Assembly (NCBI GenBank): GCA_963820525.1
Contig: CAWGAA010000001.1
Span: forward strand, 608,001 to 672,000
Direction: 5' to 3'
From: an uncultured Spirochaetota bacterium
GTDB taxonomy: Bacteria > Spirochaetota > Spirochaetia > SZUA-6 > Fen-1364
Length of the DNA: 64,000 nucleotides
Positions 57,703-64,000 of this stretch are shown here, piece after piece. Within the stretch, counting starts at the first letter, position 1, and the number at the start of each line of letters is the position of its first letter. The notes beneath the pieces are model-generated. The model did not search any database, was not told where the DNA came from, and saw only the letters and a list, made by a program, of their open reading frames with translations. The translations under genes and the position numbers were made by a program.

Positions 57703-60700
57703 TCACCAGCCTTCCGCAATGAGAAGTCCCCACTCCCCCCCAACAAGCTTCGGCCGCTGGAGCGGGTATGCCCAGTAGATCTCCAGCACCAGGACTCCGA
57801 GGATGTTGAGCCGCAAGGCCGCGCCTGCGCTGAACACGGGAACACGGAGGGTCTGATCCGCGGAGAGCTCGAGCACCGGCGGCTCGGAATTGGTCCAAGC
57901 AACCCCCCCGTCCAGGAAGGCCACGAGGTCCGTGGGAAGATAGGGGAAGCTGAGAAGGCCCAGCTCCCGCGTGCCCAGCACGGGGAGACGGATCTCCGCG
58001 TTCACGACGGCGATCTTGGAGCCGAAGAGCCTGTTCACCTGGGGCGAGGCGGGATCCCCGGCGCTGTCGATCGAGGTGACCGAGAAATAGTCGTAGCCGC
58101 GCACAAGGTCGTGCAGGCCAAGATAGAAGCCGTTGAGGGTGGGGTCGTCCGCGTCGCCCAGATACCTGCCCACGTGCAGGGCCCGCACTGCGAAAGTCAA
58201 CGGCTTGAGAAACAGGTACAGCCGCGCGTCCGCCAGGGCGGTGAGATAGATGAGGGAACCCACGGTCTGGTCCACCTCGAGCCTGTAGCGGTAGCCACGG
58301 ATGGGCGCCGTGAATCCGAAGAATGAATAGTCCCCGACATATGCAAGGCTCGCGTGCGGCAGGCTCAGGGGCGGCGGCGCGGCGAGGCTCACGTTGTCCT
58401 GGCCCGCGAAGCCGCCGCCGAGGTAGTACGAGACGGGGGCTTTCTGTTCGTACCAGATGAACGTGTATCCCAGGTCCGCCTCGAGCCTGCGGTTGATGCT
58501 CAGGGGGAGCCATGCCAGAAAGTCCGCCTCCTCCGTGAAGATTTTCTGGTCGACCACCCCCGTGTCGGCGGGGGTGATCGTGAAAGCCGCCGGCGGGAGG
58601 AGGAAAAAGTTGTCCTGTGGAATATGGGCGATGCCGAGCCCCCAGTTGACCCGCCCGGTCCTGTTGATGTAGACGGCCTGGCCGCCGAAGCTGTCGAGGG
58701 TTCCGCTGGACTGGATGGCGAGGTCAATGGAGTGGTCTCCCAGCACGTCCTCGAGATACAGCTCCACCGCCCCGCCCAGGCTCGGGCCGAAGGGGCTCAG
58801 GGCCAGCCCGAAGCTGGCCTGGCTCACGGCGATGAGGCCGAACTGCGGGAAGTAGGGGGAAAAAGACGGGGCCGGGATCTTCGGCTGCGGCGTCTCTTTG
58901 AGGGCCTCCACGGCGCGGGCCGTGTCGTCGGGGAGAAAGGCGACGGGGATTTCCCCCTCGAAGCTGACCGGGGTTCCCTGGGCCTCCTCCAGGCTCAGGG
59001 CATGCACCTCGTATTCCCTCTTGTTGAACACGGAGAAGACGAGCTCTCCGCTTCCGCGGGCGAGAGAAAAACACGGGGAGAGCTCGGTCAGCCCGCTTAT
59101 CCCCGTGGCGACGCTCGTGACGCGGAAGAACTGCCGGGCATCGAGGTCGTAGCGGTAGAGGTCGGCCACCCCGTCCGGGTCGGCAACGAAGTACACGCTC
59201 TTGCCGTCGGGGGAGAACTGCGGATTGATGTGCCTGGCCCCGTCCTTGATCGAAACGATCCGCTCCTCATGAGTGGCGATATCGAGGAAGCCAAGGTTCA
59301 TCGAGTGGAATGTCAGGGAATCGAGGCCCGTCTTTGCGCCCCGGTCCGTGGCGTAGACCAGGGTCTTTCCATCGGGAGACCAGGCGGGCTCGAGCTCCGC
59401 GTGCCAGCCGCTTGTGAGCTTGGTGAGCCGTCCGCTTTGGGGATCGAGGAGGAAGAGATCCCTGATCGCCTTTGAGGTGGCGGACAGGGCGATGAGCGAG
59501 CCGTCGGGAGACCAGGCCAGATTGGAGATCCCGTCAATGCTCTCGAAAGGAATGACCTTCTCAAGCTTCCCCGAGGGCACATCCACGATGGCGATGGCGG
59601 CATCCCCTTCCTGAAAGACCACGAAGGCAAAGGACCGCGAGTCGGCGGACCATGTCCCGGCGGAATCGATGAACTGCAGGGCATCGAAATGCGCGTCGGT
59701 GTCCGAGCTCGCCAGCGCTTTCAAGATCTTGCCGCTGGCCGCATCGGCGAGGAACAGGTCCAGCGTGAAGAGGTCCCTGCGGGAGAAGACCGCGATATAC
59801 TTTCCATCCGGGCTGATGACGGGCCCCAGGTTGAGCCCGTTTCCGATCCCCGGAAGCATCCTTCCCACATCCCCGGGCAGGGACTTTCCGGCGAGCTCTT
59901 GCGTGTATGAGGCGGTGAGATCGTCCTTCCATTTCTTGGAGAACTCGGAGTACTTCATTCCCAGCGCCGCTTCGATGCCCGCCGAGACTCCTCTGCTCGC
60001 GCTCTCGTCGAAGAGGGAGCGGGTGCCGTTTTCCCCCCATCCCTTGTCCACGTACTCCCATACCGCCTGGCCGAACCTGTAGGGGAAGTAGCGGCCCGGG
60101 TCCGAGGAGAGCTCATCGATGCCCGGCACGTCCTTGTTGAGCACCGCGTCCCTCATCCACATGTCGGTGAGCGGGTCCGACCGGCCCTTGGAGAAGTACT
60201 CGGCCATCCCCTCCACGAACCACAGGGGAAGAGGCTGGCCCGAGGAGACCGCGGAGCCGGGAGAGATCAGCCGCTGGTATTGGAAGGCATGGACGAGCTC
60301 GTGGCCGAGCACGTGCGAGTTCTCAGCGTAGACGCCGGTGAGGTAGAGGACAACCCTGCTGCCGAGGCTCTCCGTGACCCCGCCCTCTCCCTGGGAAATG
60401 ATTCCGGGCACGGCGTTTGTCTGCTGGAAGTCGACGAAGCTGTCGTAGAGGATCACCTTCTGCAGGCCTTTGATGTCGAACCCGAAGCGCCGCGAATGCT
60501 CGGCGTACCAGCCCTCCAGCATCCGTGCGGCGTCCAACACCGCCGAGGCGCCCTCGGGATAGTGGTAGATGCTGAAATGCCCCTGGGTGAGCACGGAAAA
60601 GTCGAGGTGCTCGTACTGCACCTTGTTGCGCCCGAAGTACTGCGCCGGGAGGGGCGCCGCGATCAGGGTGGCCAGAGCGAGCGCGAGCAGGGTTTCAAGC

Positions 60701-60738
60701 GCGGCCGGAAACGGGTGCAACATTCTCGATCGATGCAC
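57703..60738 (-). CDS. Outer-membrane fusion protein: HExxH metallopeptidase + PD40/TolB propeller + Omp85-like barrel
   Basis: Signal peptide, QYFGRNKVQY, HELVHAFQ..WFVEGMAEY, SPDG repeats, VRGY (Omp85 loop 6), terminal aromatic residue. Confidence 0.85.
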   Translation of the reverse strand: MHRSRMLHPFPAALETLLALALATLIAAPLPAQYFGRNKVQYEHLDFSVLTQGHFSIYHYPEGASAVLDAARMLEGWYAEHSRRFGFDIKGLQKVILYDSFVDFQQTNAVPGIISQGEGGVTESLGSRVVLYLTGVYAENSHVLGHELVHAFQYQRLISPGSAVSSGQPLPLWFVEGMAEYFSKGRSDPLTDMWMRDAVLNKDVPGIDELSSDPGRYFPYRFGQAVWEYVDKGWGENGTRSLFDESASRGVSAGIEAALGMKYSEFSKKWKDDLTASYTQELAGKSLPGDVGRMLPGIGNGLNLGPVISPDGKYIAVFSRRDLFTLDLFLADAASGKILKALASSDTDAHFDALQFIDSAGTWSADSRSFAFVVFQEGDAAIAIVDVPSGKLEKVIPFESIDGISNLAWSPDGSLIALSATSKAIRDLFLLDPQSGRLTKLTSGWHAELEPAWSPDGKTLVYATDRGAKTGLDSLTFHSMNLGFLDIATHEERIVSIKDGARHINPQFSPDGKSVYFVADPDGVADLYRYDLDARQFFRVTSVATGISGLTELSPCFSLARGSGELVFSVFNKREYEVHALSLEEAQGTPVSFEGEIPVAFLPDDTARAVEALKETPQPKIPAPSFSPYFPQFGLIAVSQASFGLALSPFGPSLGGAVELYLEDVLGDHSIDLAIQSSGTLDSFGGQAVYINRTGRVNWGLGIAHIPQDNFFLLPPAAFTITPADTGVVDQKIFTEEADFLAWLPLSINRRLEADLGYTFIWYEQKAPVSYYLGGGFAGQDNVSLAAPPPLSLPHASLAYVGDYSFFGFTAPIRGYRYRLEVDQTVGSLIYLTALADARLYLFLKPLTFAVRALHVGRYLGDADDPTLNGFYLGLHDLVRGYDYFSVTSIDSAGDPASPQVNRLFGSKIAVVNAEIRLPVLGTRELGLLSFPYLPTDLVAFLDGGVAWTNSEPPVLELSADQTLRVPVFSAGAALRLNILGVLVLEIYWAYPLQRPKLVGGEWGLLIAEGW

Positions 60739-60946
60739 GTTTCACTCCTTGCAGCAAGACTCATCAAAAAGATCTCCCCGCAGGTTGTGAATGGTCAAGT
60801 AGATCTCGGCTGCCGACGCGGGCCGCCAGGTCGCGCCAATCGCTTTCACCGCCCGTCTTTTAGCCCGCGCCTTCCCCCGTTCGAGCCATCGCCATTGACT
60901 CGCGCCGATCCCGCGATGATTATCACTGTGGGGGTATCGAGAATCG

Positions 60947-63691
60947 ATGTATGCAAGCGAACGGCTCGACGACGAGATCCGCTTCCTCGGCAAGGTCCTG
61001 GGAGAGGTGATCCGCGACCAGGCCGGCCTGCCTCTCTACACGCTGGAGGAGGAGATCCGACTTTCGGCCCGCGCGCGAAGGCGGGGGGACGCCGAGGCGG
61101 AGAGCTCCCTCATGCGGATCATCGGCGCCTTGAGCGAAGCGGAGGCGCGGGTCGTTGCGCGCGCCTTCACAATCTTCTTCGAGCTTGCCAACCTCACCGA
61201 GGACCGCGAGCGGGTCCGGGTCCTGCGCGACAGGGAGAAGCGCCGCCATCCGCTTCCGCGGGGCGAATCCATCGAGGAAGCGGTGCACATCGCGCGGGAT
61301 CAGGGCCTCGACGCCCCGGGCGTTCAGGAGATTCTCGACCGGCTGTCGATCGAGCTTGTTTTCACCGCCCACCCGACCGAGGCCAAGCGCCGGTCGGTCC
61401 GTTCCCGGATCCGCGCCCTGCGCCAGGCCATGGCGGCCCTCGACGACGAGAGGCTCCTTCCCCGGGAACGCCAGTTTCAGCTCACGGAGGTCCGCTCCGC
61501 CATCACGGCCCTGTGGCAGATGGAGCTGATCCGGCCCCGCCGCCCCACGGTTCTCGAGGAAGTCGAGGTGGGGCTTTTCTTCGCGGAAACCCTCTGGGAT
61601 GTTATCCCGGAGGTATACCGGGATTTCGCGCAGGCGCTTGAGAAAACCTATCCCGGCGTGCCCTTCCGCCTGCCTCCCTTTCTCCGCTTCGGCTCCTGGA
61701 TCGGCGGGGACAGGGACGGCAACCCCAACGTGAGCTCCGACGTGACGGAGCGGGCGCTCTTGCGCATGCGTTCGGCCGCCGTGGAGGGGCACCTGAAGCG
61801 GTGCCGCCGCCTCTTCGAGGAGCTGGCCACCTCCGAGCGCGAGGCCCCCGTCTCGGAGGAGCTGAAGCAGGCCCTCGAGCGTTCCCTTTTGGATTTCCCG
61901 CAGGCCATGCGGGAGGTGGAGCCGCTTTCCCCCTTCGAGATCTATCGCCGCTATCTCAGCGTCATCGAATGGCGGCTGCGGCGGACGCTTGAGGAAGATT
62001 CCCTCGCGAGCGCCGTTTCCGGCGCCTATAGGCGGGGGGCCGAGCTTGTGGCGGACCTCGCCCTCATGCGGGACAGCCTGCGGGAAAACCGGGGAGGAAG
62101 GATTTTCGAGGGAGCGCTTCAGGGCTGGATGTGGCAGGCAGAGGTGTTCGGGCTTCACACGGCCCGGCTCGACGTGCGCCAGGATTCGCGCCGAAACGTC
62201 CGGGTCATGGCGGAGCTTTTCAAGGCGATCGACCTGGCGCGTGACTATGAAGGATTAAGCGAAGGTGCGAGGTGCGCCCTTCTCCTGCGAACCATGAGCT
62301 TCAGCGGGGAGATCCCCCGCGCGGGCCTCGGCGCTGAGACGGCGGAAACCCTCAGGCTCTTTTCGCTTCTGGCCGACGCCGCTCTGAATCTCGGGCCCGA
62401 AGCCCTGGGTGGCTACGTCATCAGCATGACCCACAGCTTGAGCGATGTCCTGTCGGTCCTCTGGCTCTCGAGCGCCCGCTCCCTCACGAAAGCGGCGGGA
62501 GAGAAGGGCCTCAGCCTCGACATCATTCCCCTCTTCGAGACCATCGAGGACCTCGCCGCCGCGCCCGGCGTTCTTTCAGCGATGCTCGAAAGCCCCCTCT
62601 ACAGGGAGCACCTGAAGCTTCGCGGCGGGGTCCAGACAGTAATGATCGGCTACTCGGACAGCACCAAGGACGGCGGATACCTGGCGGCCTGCTGGGCCCA
62701 GTACAAGGCCGAGAGCGAGCTTCACCGGGTGGCGGCGTCGCACGGCGTGCGCCTGATCTTCTTCCACGGCCGCGGCGGTGCGCTGGGCCGGGGCGGAGGG
62801 CCCACGGCGCGCAGCATCCAGTCCCTTCCCCCCGAATCCTTGAGCGCGGGGCTTCGAATCACCGAGCAGGGTGAGGTCCTCGCGGACCGCTACGACGACC
62901 CCCAGATCGCCTACCGGCACCTGGAGCAGGTGATCTGGGCCACCCTGTTGAGCACCACCCGTCCCCTCTCCCCGCCGCTCTCCCGGTGGACCGAGGCGAT
63001 GGAGGAGCTGTCATCCCGGGCGCTCTCCGCCTATCGCCTCCTGGTGGAGGAGCCCGGCTTTTTACAGTATTTCGAGCAGTCAACGCCGATCAACGAGATC
63101 GAATCCCTTCCCATCGCATCACGGCCGGCCCACAGGAGCGGAAAGCGCACCCTGGATGACCTTCGGGCGATTCCTTGGGTCTTCGCCTGGACCCAGGCGA
63201 GGTGCCTGATCCCGGCCTGGTACGGGATCGGCTCCGCCTTCGAGGCGTTCGGCGGCGGGAGCCCCCAGGGCTGGGACACCCTGCGCGAGATGTACCAGCA
63301 ATGGTCGTTCTTCCGGGCGACGCTGGACAACGCGGCCCTCGCCCTGGCAAAGGCGGATATGCCCATCGCCCGGCTGTACTCCCGGCTGGTTGCCGAGCCT
63401 GCCGCGCGAGAGCGGATCTGGCGGCTGGTTTCCCAGGAGTTCGAGGCCGCAAGGCGCGCCGTCCTGAAGATCAACGGGCAGCCCGATCTCCTGGCCGAGG
63501 TGCCGTGGCTAGCGCAGTCCATCGAGGTGCGAAATCCCAACACGGATCCCCTGAACCTCATCCAGGTGGAGTGGCTTCGAAGAAAGCGGCAGTCTGAGAG
63601 CGCGGCGGACGGCGTCGGCGCCGAGCGGTGCAAAAGCCTCCTGCGCCTCACGGTTGAAGGCGTGGCAAGCGGGATGCGCACAACGGGATAA
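60947..63691 (+). CDS. ppc: Phosphoenolpyruvate carboxylase
   Basis: VFTAHPTE, SWIGGDRDGNP, PLFETIEDL, MIGYSDS.KDGG, FHGRGG, LRAIPW, terminal GMRTTG. Confidence 0.97.
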   Translation: MYASERLDDEIRFLGKVLGEVIRDQAGLPLYTLEEEIRLSARARRRGDAEAESSLMRIIGALSEAEARVVARAFTIFFELANLTEDRERVRVLRDREKRRHPLPRGESIEEAVHIARDQGLDAPGVQEILDRLSIELVFTAHPTEAKRRSVRSRIRALRQAMAALDDERLLPRERQFQLTEVRSAITALWQMELIRPRRPTVLEEVEVGLFFAETLWDVIPEVYRDFAQALEKTYPGVPFRLPPFLRFGSWIGGDRDGNPNVSSDVTERALLRMRSAAVEGHLKRCRRLFEELATSEREAPVSEELKQALERSLLDFPQAMREVEPLSPFEIYRRYLSVIEWRLRRTLEEDSLASAVSGAYRRGAELVADLALMRDSLRENRGGRIFEGALQGWMWQAEVFGLHTARLDVRQDSRRNVRVMAELFKAIDLARDYEGLSEGARCALLLRTMSFSGEIPRAGLGAETAETLRLFSLLADAALNLGPEALGGYVISMTHSLSDVLSVLWLSSARSLTKAAGEKGLSLDIIPLFETIEDLAAAPGVLSAMLESPLYREHLKLRGGVQTVMIGYSDSTKDGGYLAACWAQYKAESELHRVAASHGVRLIFFHGRGGALGRGGGPTARSIQSLPPESLSAGLRITEQGEVLADRYDDPQIAYRHLEQVIWATLLSTTRPLSPPLSRWTEAMEELSSRALSAYRLLVEEPGFLQYFEQSTPINEIESLPIASRPAHRSGKRTLDDLRAIPWVFAWTQARCLIPAWYGIGSAFEAFGGGSPQGWDTLREMYQQWSFFRATLDNAALALAKADMPIARLYSRLVAEPAARERIWRLVSQEFEAARRAVLKINGQPDLLAEVPWLAQSIEVRNPNTDPLNLIQVEWLRRKRQSESAADGVGAERCKSLLRLTVEGVASGMRTTG

Positions 63692-63720
63692 GGCGCGCGC
63701 GCCGGCGCGCCTGCGCCCCG

Positions 63721-64000
63721 CTATTGCGGTACCAACCGAAGGCGGGCCGACCTCTCCGCGATGAGGCTCCTCTCCTGTCTCAAGCCCAGCTTGAGCCCCA
63801 GGTTGGCTATAAGGAAAAGGAGCGGAGTCCGATAGTTTGCGGGGAATCGTGACAGGATCCTCGACAGGCCGAAAAAGCTCTTCTTTACGCTCCAGTATCC
63901 GTCGTAGAGCTGCTCCACGCTCATCTTGCGCGGGACGAACACGGGGGTGCAGTGATCGTAGAAACGCCAGTCCTCGGTGATCAGACGGTTTTCGCTTTTG
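63721..64000 (-). CDS. Probable B12-binding radical SAM protein (3' end only)
   Basis: Open frame from the window edge: KSENRLITEDWRFYDHCTPVFVPRKMSVEQLYDGY, which resembles radical-SAM C-terminal RLxTxDWxxYD..VFxP..MS.EEL motifs. Confidence 0.6.
   Translation of the reverse strand, partial: KSENRLITEDWRFYDHCTPVFVPRKMSVEQLYDGYWSVKKSFFGLSRILSRFPANYRTPLLFLIANLGLKLGLRQERSLIAERSARLRLVPQ

Overview
GC-rich spirochaete-type chromosomal segment. Positions 1-30253 are one minus-strand super-cluster of 33 co-oriented genes: a reduced dcw cluster (mraZ-rsmH-ftsL-murF-mraY-ftsW-ftsQ-ftsA-ftsZ), xerD-TPR-dprA-topA-xerC-hslVU, and the periplasmic-flagellum operon (flgBC-fliEFGHIJ-flbB-fliK-flgDE-flbD-motAB-fliLM). 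mraY carries a 1-nt frameshift, and xerC appears to start at a non-canonical codon. At 31454-36432 two CTAG-targeting IS1182-family elements are stacked at one site, and the first is interrupted by an intact IS1634-family element. The rest is housekeeping and accessory genes: methyltransferase, M23 peptidase, cdd, recN-nadK, a DegT-like protein lacking the catalytic Lys, cheW, pcm, USP, an RHH regulator, MoxR-DUF58-DUF4129, a PEGA protein with a processive GT2, an orphan sugar-binding protein, a peptidase-propeller-Omp85 fusion and ppc. The most interesting unannotated signals are: (i) a ~100-nt candidate sRNA (46807-46707, minus) that displays a 16S-like anti-Shine-Dalgarno sequence in a hairpin loop, with its own promoter, operator-like palindrome and terminator; (ii) twin covarying hairpins with an identical loop between motB and fliL; (iii) recurring GCGNAGC-capped intergenic structures; (iv) several apparently leaderless genes; (v) the PEGA+GT2 synthase pair. 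All calls come from reading the sequence and recognising motifs; no database searches were run.
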